The notes: generated by a model not told the origin, from the letters alone. Counted from the first letter of the whole stretch, positions 51,165-62,311 are shown. The stretch: 62,311 nucleotides of DNA, filler included, from Chiloscyllium plagiosum (GCF_004010195.1; 3 parts of one record of this genome joined end to end with filler, not necessarily neighbours in it), one strand, 5' to 3'. A program made the numbers and translations.

Positions 51165-51360
51165 AGTAAGGGCTGCAGAAGCTGGAAGCCAGAGTCAATA
51201 GGCACGGTGTTGGAAAAGCACCGCAGGTCAGGCTGCATCCGAAGAGCAGGAAAATCGACATTTCGGGTATAAGCCCTTCATCAGGTTTCCTGCTGTGCTT
51301 TTCCAGCACCACACTCTCAGCTCTGATCGCCAGTATCTGCAGCCCTCAGTTTCTCCTCCC
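51165..51360. mobile_element. Inverted family A pair (older)
   Basis: Reverse arm to 51285, forward arm 51289-51358. Confidence 0.8.
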
Positions 51361-51574
51361 TGTTTCTATGAGGGCCGAACATGATTCCTTTACAGCAGAG
51401 TTCATACTGACTGCCCCACTGCTCTCCTGGACACATCACTGACTGGAATGGACTGCAGCCTTTCAGAGATAAAGTTATAGTAGGCTAGCTGGAATTAATT
51501 AGATGTGATATGAAATGTCTGTTTTTTTGTCAATGGGTAGTGATGTTGAGATTAAGTCACTTACATTGTTATGT

Positions 51575-51850
51575 ATCAGACCATAACAGAATTAGACCAT
51601 TCGACCCATCGTGTGTGCTGATGTTTCCCAGCCTCATTACGAATCAAGAACTGATCCATCTCTGTGTTAAATACACTCAGTGACTTGGCCTCCACAGCCC
51701 TCTGTGGCACTGAGTCCCACAGAGTCCCCACCCTCTGGCTGAAGAAATTCCACCTCATCTCAGCTCTAAAGGGCCATCCCTTCACCCTGAGGCTGTGCCC
51801 TCGGGTCCTAGTCTCTCCAGCTGGAGGAAACATCTTCCCCATGCTATCTG
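51575..51850 (-). mobile_element. CR1 3' end
   Basis: ORF 51576..51902 TRTRGHSLRVKG..FR.EMR.NFFSQRV. Confidence 0.85.
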
Positions 51851-52079
51851 TGCCTTCAGCTCCTTCATCCAGATCCCCAGTACGTAACATTAATAGGTGC
51901 AAAATGGCAGTGGTCTGCTGGTCAGGTTGGTTGAGGGGATGGGCTCAGTCTGTTGAGTCTGTCCATAGTAACTATGGGAACTGAGAGAGGGATAGGGGAA
52001 AGGATGGCTGTGACTATGGAGCAGTGAAGTATTAGTTATTGTTATCTGACAATGAGTTATGTCTGGAAGGGCTTAGCTA

Positions 52080-52630
52080 AAAACAGAAATTGCTGGAGAA
52101 ACTCAGCAGATCTGGCAGCATCGTCGAGAGAGAAACAGAGGAGGGGTTGATGTTTTGAGTCCAGTAACCCTTCGTCAGGATTGTTTTTTTATCTAGTTCT
52201 GATGAAAGGTCATTGGACACAAAACGTTAATTCTGTTCTCTCTTCACAGATGGTATCAGATCTGGTGACTTCCTCCAGGTCAAACAGTCATAGAGATGTA
52301 CAACGCGGAAACAGACCCTTCGGTCCAACCCGTCCATGCCGACCAGATATCCCAACCCAATCTAGTCCCACCTGCCAGCACCCGGCCCATATCCCTCCAA
52401 ACCCTTCCTATTCATATACCCGTGCAAATGCCTCTTAAATGTTGCAATTGTACCAGCCTCCACCACATCCTCTGGCAGCTCATTCCATACACGTACCACC
52501 CTCTGTGTGAAAAGGTTGCCCCTCAGGTCCCTTTTATATCTTTCCCCTCTCACCCTAACCCTATGCCCCTCTAGTCCTGGTCCTTTCTGTTTTTTATTGT
52601 TTCATATCTCCAGCATCTGCTGTTCCTTAT
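52080..52630. mobile_element. Inverted family C pair interrupted by a young CR1 3' end (52285-52580, minus)
   Basis: Reverse arm 52080-52180; forward arm 52195-52280 resuming at ~52582. Confidence 0.75.
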
Positions 52631-53639
52631 TTTAGGGTTTGGCTGTAGAGTAACTGATTACTTACTCCATGCTTCCTATGCAGTAGCTCCAAATGCATCT
52701 CATCATTAAACCTGAAAATGGTTCTATTCCTGGGAACATTTGGAGAAAAGAAAATGCAAATTCAAAATCAATTCTTGTTTTGAAAGGGGATAAAAGATAA
52801 TGGGGAGAAGGGAGGAGAATGGGGTTGAGAAAAATATCAACCATGATCCTATGATGGATTAACGTTGATGGGCTGAATGGCCTAATCCTGCTCCTATAGC
52901 TATGGTCTTATGGTCTTGTTGCATTTCTAATAATCAGCTCAGGTGAAAGTAGATCAGAAGTAAGGCACATGTATTTTTTTGTTGTAGAAAAACACCACAA
53001 ATGTTTACAGTAGGCTTTCTGAATGACATTGAGGAAACATCAGTTAGCACTGTGTCTAAATGTGTAGTCTTTCTCAACTTAGAACTGAAAAAACATACAC
53101 AAAAGGTAATCCTGAAAGACAATCCCGGATGGCATATGAAATGTATGATATCATTTTCCCTTTCACATTTTGAAGTTAGCATGACATTCTGCTGCCATTT
53201 ATTTAACAATGTGTTCCAGCAACTCTTTATCACATCAAACACTAAACTCCAAATTCTTACCAGCAAATCTGCTGTAAAGATCAACCTATTACTGAAATAA
53301 AAGAAAATGAACCAATGCAGAAATATTTTGATAAGCAAACATAAGAACAAAACTAAATATTGGAAGAGAACAAACAAAAGGTTTGTCAAACAGAAACTCG
53401 ACTGTAGGATAAAACAATAGATGGATGTGAACACTTACCTGGTAATAGGAAGCTAAAAGAAAATGAATGTCTGTTTTTTTTAACGATAACAGAATCCTAG
53501 TGATTTTGTACAAACTTATTTATTCGACTCTGTATAATGAGCGTTGACTGCTCAGACTGCATCAGGTGGTTTGTTAAGTGCACAGCAGTGTAATACAACA
53601 GAGAGTCTCTGTTGAACCTGTCACATTAATACAGCGAAA

Positions 53640-53860
53640 CAAGGGCATTTAAAGCTGGTCTGCTAATACTGCATCATCAGTGATATCAAGTGACGTCAGA
53701 TCACATGGAACAGGGGCATGAGTGAAGAGCATTCCAATACAGTCCAGCTGACCCATGTCTGTGTAAATGATCATGAAACAGCCATTAATTTGTAACAGGT
53801 AGTTTCAGTTAGGTCACATACCTGGCTGGTTGGTTTGTGATGCAGATTGACGTCATCAGC
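53640..53860 (-). promoter_or_regulatory. Candidate CRE-containing promoter/enhancer
   Basis: Two perfect TGACGTCA palindromes (53691-53698, 53848-53855); TATA-like tttaaa at 53648-53653; strong minus-strand donor cag|gtaagt at 53439/53438. Confidence 0.4.
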
Positions 53861-53869
53861 ACAGCATCA

Positions 53870-55620
53870 TACAGTCACAGAGATGTACAGCATGGAAACA
53901 GACCCTTCGGTCCAACCTGTCCATGCCGACCAAATATCCCAACCCAATCTAGTCCCACCTGCCAGCACCCGGCCCATATCCCTCCAAACCCTTCCTATCC
54001 ATATACACATCCAAATGCCTCTTAAATGTTGCAATTGTACCAGCCTCCACCACTTCCTCTGGCAGCTCATTCCATACACGCACCACCCTCTGTGTGAAAA
54101 GGTTGCCCGTCAGGTCTCTTTTATATCTTTCCACTCTCACCGTAAACCTATGCCCTCTAGTTCTGGACTCCCCCACCCCAGAGAAAAGACTTTATCTATT
54201 TATCCTATCCATGTCCCTCATAATTTTGTAAACATCTATAAGGTCACCCCTCAGCCTCCAACGCNNNNNNNNNNNNNNNNNNNNNNNNNNNNNNNNNNNN
54301 NNNNNNNNNNNNNNNNNNNNNNNNNNNNNNNNNNNNNNNNNNNNNNNNNNNNNNNNNNNNNNNNNNNNNNNNNNNNNNNNNNNNNNNNNNNNNNNNNNNN
54401 NNNNNNNNNNNNNNNNNNNNNNNNNNNNNNNNNNNNNNNNNNNNNNNNNNNNNNNNNNNNNNNNNNNNNNNNNNNNNNNNNNNNNNNNNNNNNNNNNNNN
54501 NNNNNNNNNNNNNNNNNNNNNNNNNNNNNNNNNNNNNNNNNNNNNNNNNNNNNNNNNNNNNNNNNNNNNNNNNNNNNNNNNNNNNNNNNNNNNNNNNNNN
54601 NNNNNNNNNNNNNNNNNNNNNNNNNNNNNNNNNNNNNNNNNNNNNNNNNNNNNNNNNNNNNNNNNNNNNNNNNNNNNNNNNNNNNNNNNNNNNNNNNNNN
54701 NNNNNNNNNNNNNNNNNNNNNNNNNNNNNNNNNNNNNNNNNNNNNNNNNNNNNNNNNNNNNNNNNNNNNNNNNNNNNNNNNNNNNNNNNNNNNNNNNNNN
54801 NNNNNNNNNNNNNNNNNNNNNNNNNNNNNNNNNNNNNNNNNNNNNNNNNNNNNNNNNNNNNNNNNNNNNNNNNNNNNNNNNNNNNNNNNNNNNNNNNNNN
54901 NNNNNNNNNNNNNNNNNNNNNNNNNNNNNNNNNNNNNNNNNNNNNNNNNNNNNNNNNNNNNNNNNNNNNNNNNNNNNNNNNNNNNNNNNNNNNNNNNNNN
55001 NNNNNNNNNNNNNNNNNNNNNNNNNNNNNNNNNNNNNNNNNNNNNNNNNNNNNNNNNNNNNNNNNNNNNNNNNNNNNNNNNNNNNNNNNNNNNNNNNNNN
55101 NNNNNNNNNNNNNNNNNNNNNNNNNNNNNNNNNNNNNNNNNNNNNNNNNNNNNNNNNNNNNNNNNNNNNNNNNNNNNNNNNNNTGGACATTTTGCAAAAT
55201 GTCACCATCTATTTCCCTACAGTCTATATCTTCCATATCCTTTTCCACAGTAAATACTGATGCAAAATACTCGTTTAGTATCTCCCCCATTTTCTGCGGC
55301 TCCACACAAAGGCTGCCTTGCTGATCTTTGAGGGGCCCTTTTCTCTCCCTCATTACCCTTTTGGCCTTAATGTATTTGTAAAAACACTTTGGATTTTCCT
55401 CCTCTGTAATATGAACATTTTGCAAGTTGTCATGATTTCCTCTGCACAAAGCCAAGCTGACTACCCCTAATCAATCCTTGTCTTTCCAAACATGTCGAAC
55501 CCCGTCCAACAACTTACCACCACAGTTGTTATGCTCACCGGTGTGTAGTTCTCTTGCATTTCCCTGCAGTCTTTCTTAGATAATGACACATCAGCCACCT
55601 TCCAGTCTTCTGAAAATTCA
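53870..55620 (-). mobile_element. CR1 LINE spanning a gap
   Basis: 3' tail at 53870; ENPKCFYKYIKAKR, GEILNEYFASVFT after the gap. Confidence 0.9.
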
Positions 55621-57039
55621 TTCATGCTGTTATAAGTGTACGGTATGGGAGTTGGCGCACCTCTTTATGGTTCAGACTGACCACATTGCAGCAAGTGTTG
55701 GTTGTTTGAGGAACTCCAACTCAGCGTTGATGAGCTGGAGCCTGAACTTTGAACACTGTGATACATCAGGGAGGGGGAGAGTTACCCGGACACTGTGTTT
55801 CAAGAGGCAGTCAGACCCCTTTGATTAACTATCTCAAATTCAGTCAGTGGCCAGGAACAAGGCGCTGTGTGATTATGAGTGAGGCAAGTAGAGGGATCCT
55901 GGAGGTGGTGCTTAAAGTGTTTCAGCCCTTGAGCTTGTCTAACAATGTTTGAAATTCTTGCTCCCTGTGTGGATGACAGCGAAGGCTATTGGGAGAATGA
56001 GCAAACTGACCACAACATGTGGCACAGGGAGCCATTGAAGAGGAGATAGAAACACAAAGTGTAATTGTAATTGGGATAGTATAGTCAGGGAAATAGACAC
56101 TGTTCTCTGTGGCCACAATCGAGAGTCCCAAAGGCTGGGTTGCCTGCCTGGTGCCCAAGATCAGGATTATCTCATCTGGGCTGCAGAGGAACCTAGAGTG
56201 GGAGGGGAAAGATCCAGTCTGGTACATTCAATATACCATATATACTCAAGTAATAGTTGAATTTTTCATCTACATTTTAAGGTTAATTTATGGGCCGACT
56301 ATTACATGGATAATATTTTTGAGTGGGGCTGAAATTCCTACCCATCAAAATTCATACCATATCATTAGCAGAAGCCCATTTGATCTCTAAACAAATAAAG
56401 AAATGAAAGCACAACGAATTATGGTAATTCTGGAACCCTGGAGCAGAGTGTCACGGGTGGCAGACTGACTCGTACAGGTTGATCTGTTATCTGTGAAGAA
56501 CTGGGGTCAACCTTTACACGAGATATATGGAAAAACATTCCAGATTTTGTAACTAAAAATAGAAGGGTCAACTCTGACATGAGATCAACTATTACTCGAG
56601 TCTATACAGTAGGTCGCAAGAGAAAAGAGAGAATGTGAGCAGCTCGGGGCAGAATCAATGAGGTAATAATCTCCGGGTTACTCCCTGAATCACGAGTTAA
56701 TTGGCACAGGGTCAATAAGATTAAATAGGTAAGGATGTGGCTCACAGACTTCTCCCACAGAAGAGAAACAGATTTCAATTCATGGGATGTTGGCACCAGT
56801 CCTGGAGAGGGAGGGAGCTGGTCTGATGGGATGGGCGCCACCTGAATTGTAATGGGACCAAAGTCCTGGAGAATCACATAACCAAGGCTGTACATATAAT
56901 AGCTAAGGGGTGGTGGGTGGGGGCGGTGTTGACAGAGGGGGTTACAGGTGGTGGGGGTGAGATTTTGGCAGGGGGTGGGGTTAAGGCACATTGCAAATTT
57001 TTGCTATAAATTCTGTGTTACGATCGAGCCCTCCACAAT

Positions 57040-57074
57040 CACCTGATGAAGGAGCGTCGCTCCGAAAGCTAGTG
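57040..57074 (+). ncRNA. Minimal type I hammerhead ribozyme motif (family B) within a short repeat element (~56990-57165)
   Basis: CAC-CTGATGA-a-GGAGC-gtc-GCTCC-GAAA-GC-TA-GTG: helix I CAC/GTG, 5-bp helix II, palindromic AGCT helix III. Confidence 0.8.
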
Positions 57075-58740
57075 TGCTTCCAATTAAACCTGTTGGACTA
57101 TAACCTGGTGTTGTGTGATTTTTAACTTCGTACACCCCAGTCCAACACCGGCATCTCCAAATTATAAAAACAAAAGTATAGCAGAAGGTAGGATTTCTGG
57201 TTTGTGATGAGGTGGAGTGTTATCGATTGTTCTTCCAGCTTCCTGGTTGTCTGCGAGATAAAGTCATTAACAGACGCAATGTTCCTTAATGAAGTAAGCA
57301 CTCACTATATAGTGGACTGATGGTGCAAATTGAGGTAAATCAAGATCACAAGGACTTTAGATAGCTTTAGTGGGTGGGAGGGATTCAGGAATGGAAAAGG
57401 GTCAGGAATGTAACTATAGGCACAACAGATGAGGGAACAACTATGGGAAGGGGACCAGTCAACACAGGACTGAGGGTGTTGTACTTAAATGCACACAGTG
57501 TACGAAAGAAGATAAAGGAGTTTGTAATGCAGATTGTAATTGCCAGGTCCAATATTGTGGGTATCACAGAGACGTGGCTGCAAGGGGATCAGGGCAGGGA
57601 GCTAAATCTCCAGGATGTACATCCTCTCGAAAGGAGAGGCCAATTGTCAAAGGGCCCGGGATTGCCTTGTCAATAAGAAATGAAATTAAATCAATAGCAA
57701 GAAGTGATGTGGAGTCAGAAGGCTTAGAATCTGCGTGGGTAGGGTTGAGGAACCACAAAGGAAGAAAGACCCTGATAGAATTTATGTACAGGAGCCCCTA
57801 GCAGTAGTCAGGAAAAGGGCAGAAAATAAATCAGGAGATAGAAAATGCACATAAGGAAGGCCCTGTTATAATACATAATAACGTCAATATGCAGGTGCAC
57901 TGGGAAAATCAGGTTGGTGACAGATCTGAAGAAAAATATTTTGTGGACTACGTGCACAATGACCTTTTTGGAGCAGCTTGTAACAGAGCCCACTAGGGAA
58001 CAGGCAGTTCTGGACTGACTGCCACGAGGGGTCATAGTTTGAAGATATCAGGCGGAAGGTATAGGTGGGATGTCAGAGGAAGGTTCTTTACTTAGAGAGT
58101 TGTGAATGCATGGAATGCGTTGCCAGCTGTGGTGGTGGAAGCAGAGACGTTAGGGACATTTAAGCGACTGTTGGACATGCACATGGACAGCAGTGAATTG
58201 AGGGGTGTGTAGGTTAGATTATTTTATTTTAGATTAGGATTCATCCTCGGCACAACATTGTGGGTCGAAGGGCCTGTTCTGTGCTGTACATTTCTATGTT
58301 CTAAGTTCTGTGTTCTAAGAGCCTTTTTAGATATCTGAAAGGTGACAGAGAGGCAAGACATTGAACTGCTGGAAATGATGCTCGAGAAGTCATAATGGGG
58401 AACAAAGAAATGGTGGAGGAACTAATTAGGTGTTTTGCATCAGTTTTCACAGTATAAGACACCAGTAACATACCAGAACTTCAAGACAGTCAGGGGCCAG
58501 AGGTGAGTGCAGTGTCCATCACTAAGGAGAAGGTGCTGGGGAAGCTGAAAGGTCTGAAGATGGATCAATCAATTGGACAGATGGACTACACCCCAGAGTA
58601 ATGAAGGAGATAGCTGAAGAGATTGTGCAGGCATTGGGGGTGATCTTTCAGGAATCACTGGGGTCAGGGAGGGTCCTTGAGGTCATGAAAATGGCAAATG
58701 TAACACCCCCCTCCCCCGGTTAGGAATGGAGGGAGGCAGA

Positions 58741-58872
58741 ATTCCTCATGAAGGGCTTATGCCTGAAATGTCGATTCTCCTGCTCCTCAGATGCTGCCTG
58801 ACCTGCTGTGCTTTTCCAGCACCACACTCTCGATTCTGATCTCCAGCAACTGCAGTCCTCACTTTCTCCTCC
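58741..58872 (+). mobile_element. Family A mini-element inserted in CR1 RT
   Basis: attcctcatgaagggcttatgcctgaaatgtcgattc...ctcactttctcctc. Confidence 0.88.
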
Positions 58873-59710
58873 TGACAGGAAGCTATTGGCCAGTTAATCT
58901 GACCTTGGTCATTGTTAAAATTTTAGAGTCCATTTTTATGGATGACCTTATAGAATATTTGGACGTGCAAGTGAAAATAGGGCTGAGTCAGCACGGGGAT
59001 TTGTCAAGGGGGGTTCATGCCTGACAAATCTGTTAGTATTCTTTGAGAAGGTAATGAACAAGTTAGAGAAAGGAGAGCCAGTGGGTGGGATCGATTTGAA
59101 TTTCCAGACAAGGTGCCACATGGGAGGCTGCTAAATAAGATCAGAGCCCATGGTGTTGGGGGCAAGGTATTGGCATGGATAGAGGATTGGCTGACTGGCA
59201 GAAGGCAGAGAGGTTTGGTTAGAATTTTTGAAATGATTTGTAGTTTGGGTTGCGGGTGAGGTGGGTGGTTTATTTGCTGAGCTGATGTGTTTTTCTGCAT
59301 AGGTTTCATCACCTCACTAGCTGACATCATCAGTGCACGTCTGTCCCACCTAGTATTTATGTGTCTCTGTTTTCTGGTCCTGAGTGGTTCGGTACATGAG
59401 TGGTTTGTATACAGGGTCCACTTCAATATGCTCATTCATCGAGTTCCAGTTTGAGTGCCAGACTTCAAGGAATTCTCTGGCATGTCTCTGTTTAGCCTGT
59501 GCTGGGATGGTTACGTTGTCCCAGTTGAATTTATATCCTTTGTTGTCTGTATGTTTGGAAATGAGAGAGCGCTGGTCGTGTCTGGGAGCAGGGAGCTGCT
59601 GTTCATGCATTTGTGTGTTCAGTTTTCTTCCTGTTTGTCCTATGTCGTGTTTTTCACAGTCCTTGCAGGGTACTTTGTAGATAACACATTCATCCTTTTG
59701 GATGTGGGTC

Positions 59711-60480
59711 ATAGAGTCATAGAGTCATAGAGATGTACAGCATGGAAACAGACCCTTTGGTCCAACCAGATATCCCAACCCAATCTCGTTCCACCTGCTA
59801 GCACCCGGCCCATATCTCTCCAAACCCTTCCTATTCATATACCCATCCAAATGCCTCTTAAATGTTGTAATTGTACCAGCCTCCACCACTTCCTCTGGCA
59901 GCTCATTCCATACACGTGCCACCCACTGTGTGAAAAAGTTGCCCCTTAGGTCTCTTTTATATCTTTCCACTCTCACCCTAAACCTATGGCCTCTAGTTCT
60001 GGACTCCCCAATCCCAGGGAAAAGACTTTATCTATTTATCCTATCCATGCCCCTCATAGTTTTGTAAACCTCTACAATGTCCTGTACAGCTGCAACATGA
60101 CCTCCCAAATCCTGTACTCAATACTCTGACTAATAAAAAAAAGCATACCAAACGCCTTCTTCACTATCCTATCTACCTCCAACTCCACTTTCAAGGAGCT
60201 ATGAACCTGCACCCCAAGGTCTCTTTGTTCAACAACACTCTCTAGGACCTTACCATTAAGTGTATAATTCCTGCTAAGATTTGCTTTCCCAAAATGTAGC
60301 ACCTCGCATTTATCTGAATTAAATTCCATCTGCTACTTCTCAGCCCATTGGCGCATCTGGTCCAGATCCTGTTGTAATCTGAGATAACCCTCTTCGCTGT
60401 CCACTACACCTCCAATTTTGGTGTCATCTGCAAACTTACTAACTGTACCTCTTATACTCGCATCCAAATCATTTATGTAT
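59711..60480 (-). mobile_element. Young CR1 inserted in the Penelope element
   Basis: (atagagtc)n tail; probable TSD tgggtc at 59705-59710 and 60481-60486. Confidence 0.92.
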
Positions 60481-60696
60481 TGGGTCTTTAATCTTTGTGA
60501 GGAGCTGGCGAAAGGTGTTTACTGGTTTGTGGGCTATTAAGATTCCTCAGGGTCTGAGTAGTCGGATAGTCATTTCTGATACTCCTTTGATGTACAGTAT
60601 GGTTACTATTGTGTCTGGTCATGTAGGATTTTCTTCTTTGGGTTTGTCCTGTAAGTATCGGAGGATAGTGTTATTGGGGTACCTTTCCATTTAAGT

Positions 60697-60820
60697 TCCT
60701 TGAGTCGATGTTCCTGTTCTGCGTTCTGTACTGTGTCCTTGAGTCGATGTTCCTGCTCTGCGTTCTGTACTGTGTCCTTGAGTCGATGTTCCTGTTCTGC
60801 GTTCTGTACTGTGTCCTTGC
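60697..60820. repeat. 39-bp tandem repeat x3
   Basis: KDTVQNAEQEHRL x3 in ORF 60606..60851. Confidence 0.95.
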
Positions 60821-60894
60821 CCATTTTAATAACGTCCAAATGCAGCTCCATTTGTGGATGCTCAGAATGGCAGCCAGGGACTAGTAGAACAGGG

Positions 60895-61109
60895 CTGGAA
60901 GTGTGTTGCTGGAAAAGCGCAGCAGGTCAGGCAGCATCCAGGGAACAGGAGAATCGACGTTTCGGGCATTAGCCCTTCTTCAGGAAAGAAGGGCTTACGC
61001 CCGAAACGTCGATTCTCCTGTTCCCTGGATGCTGCCTGACCTGCTGCGCTTTTCCAGCAACACACTTCCAGCTCTGATCTCCAGCATCTGCAGACCTCAC
61101 TTTCTCCTC
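60895..61109. mobile_element. Near-perfect palindromic family A mini-element
   Basis: TSD actagtagaacaggg at 60880-60894 and 61110-61124; intact hammerhead on minus strand 60951-60986. Confidence 0.93.
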
Positions 61110-62004
61110 ACTAGTAGAACAGGGTCAGTGTTGGGACCGAAACTATTACATCATCCATTAATGATGAGGAACAGAGGGCATTGCTGCTAAATTTGCAGAT
61201 AACACAAAGATTGGAGCAATGGATGGGTAGTGTTGAGGAAGAGGGGAGGTTACAGAAGGAATTGGACAGGAGAGTGGGTAAAGACATGGCAGATGGAACA
61301 CAACATGGGAAAGTGTGAGGTTATGCACTTTGGTCGGAAAAATAGAGGCATAGACATTTCCCATTTCCTAAATGGGGAAAGGCTTCGGAAATCTGCAGCA
61401 CAAAGGGGCTTGGGAATCCTACTTCAAAATTCTCTCAAGGCAGGTTCAGTTGGCAGTTAAGAAGGCAAAGGCAATGTTAACATTTATTTCAAAAGGGTTA
61501 GAATACAAGGGCAGAGATGTATTGCTGAGGCTGTATAAGGCTCTGGTCAGACTGTGTTTGGAACATTGTGAGTGGTTTTGGGCCCCCTATCTAAAGAAGG
61601 ATGCGCTGGTGTTGGACGGGGTCCAGAGGATGTTTACAAGAATGTTCCCAGGGATACAGACCTTGTCAATATGAGGAGTGGTTGAGTCCTCTGGGTCTGT
61701 ACTCAATAGAAGGATGAGGGAGGATCTGAGTGAAACTTAGAGAATACTGAGAGGCCCGGATACAGTGGACATGGAGAAGATGTTTCCACTCATAGGAGAA
61801 ACTAGGACTCAAGAGCAAAGCCTCAGAGTGAAGGGATGACCCTTTAGAATTGAGATCAAGAGGAATTTATTCAGCCAGATGGTGTGGAATCTGTGGAACT
61901 CATTGCCACAGAGGGCTGGGGAAGCCAAGTCATTGAGTATATTGAAGACAGAGATAGATAGGTTCTTGATTGGTAAAAAGATTGAAGGTTACAGAAAGAA
62001 GGCA

Positions 62005-62311
62005 GGACAATAGACAATAGGTGCAGGAGTAGGCCATTCTGCCCTTCGAGCCTGCACCACCATTCAATATGATCATGGCTGATCATCCTTAATCAGTATC
62101 CTGTTCCTGCCTTATCTCCATAACCCTTGATTCCACTATCTTTGAGAGCTCTATCCAACTCTTTCTTAAATGAATCCAGAGACTGGGCCTCCACCCATCA
62201 GCAGAAACATGTTTCCTGCCTCCAGAGTGTCCAATCCTTTAATAATCTTATACGTCTCAATCAGATCCCCGCTCCGTCTTCTAAACTCAAGGATATACAA
62301 GCCCAGTCGCT
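62005..62311 (-). mobile_element. CR1 3' end
   Basis: acaatagacaatagg tail; same family as 23538-23700. Confidence 0.9.

Larger units (their letters stand above)
59210..60850 (-). mobile_element. Poseidon-type Penelope element (GIY-YIG) split by a CR1
   Basis: ORF 59350..59712 VIYKVPCKDC...IGQTGRKL...HE...REFLE.W; upstream part resumes at 60481; hammerhead-like 59296-59337. Confidence 0.88.
55640..62005 (+). mobile_element. Near full-length decayed CR1 hosting multiple nested insertions
   Basis: ORF1 (V.CLPGA, VIISGLLPE), EN (LYLNAHSVRKK, VGITETWL), RT (GSYWPVNLT, gggtcagtgttggga, KCEVMHFGRKN, LYKALVR). Confidence 0.85.

Noticed and set aside
52934..53434. 166-aa hydrophobic minus-strand ORF
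   Set aside because: T-rich composition bias, non-ATG start right after a splice donor, no recognisable domain; likely intronic.
53847..55455. Longest ORFs in the track (468, 403, 338 aa; also those at 27.8 and 34.4 kb)
   Set aside because: They are long only because they run through N gaps; the real parts are CR1 fragments or their antisense shadows.

Overview
This is repeat-rich vertebrate genomic DNA. HE1-like SINEs, Deu-domain (SacSINE1-like) SINEs and the CR1 families suggest a shark or other elasmobranch (inference). Most of the window is nested, decayed retroelements: CR1 LINEs, Penelope-like elements (PLEs) with GIY-YIG remnants, Tx1/L1-clade LINE 3' ends, a Gypsy element with related LTR copies, and SINEs, plus five assembly gaps. 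I could not confidently identify any host protein-coding gene, and nearly all listed ORFs are TE fragments or shadows. Two systems stand out. (1) Four sequence-distinct PLE-type tails each carry a minimal hammerhead-ribozyme core (CUGANGA-stem II-GAAA-palindromic helix III-UH); one family is amplified as ~85-245 bp single or head-to-head palindromic mini-elements with 11-16 bp target-site duplications (TSDs). (2) Tx1/L1-clade LINE ends are inserted at the same position and orientation in three of four copies of one Gypsy LTR family; one copy was hit twice and the inserts carry remnants of the target, which suggests an LTR-targeting site-specific retrotransposon. A doubled CRE (TGACGTCA x2) with minus-strand splice signals at 42.9-53.9 kb may mark an unidentified spliced host transcript. 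TE boundaries are approximate unless a TSD is quoted.
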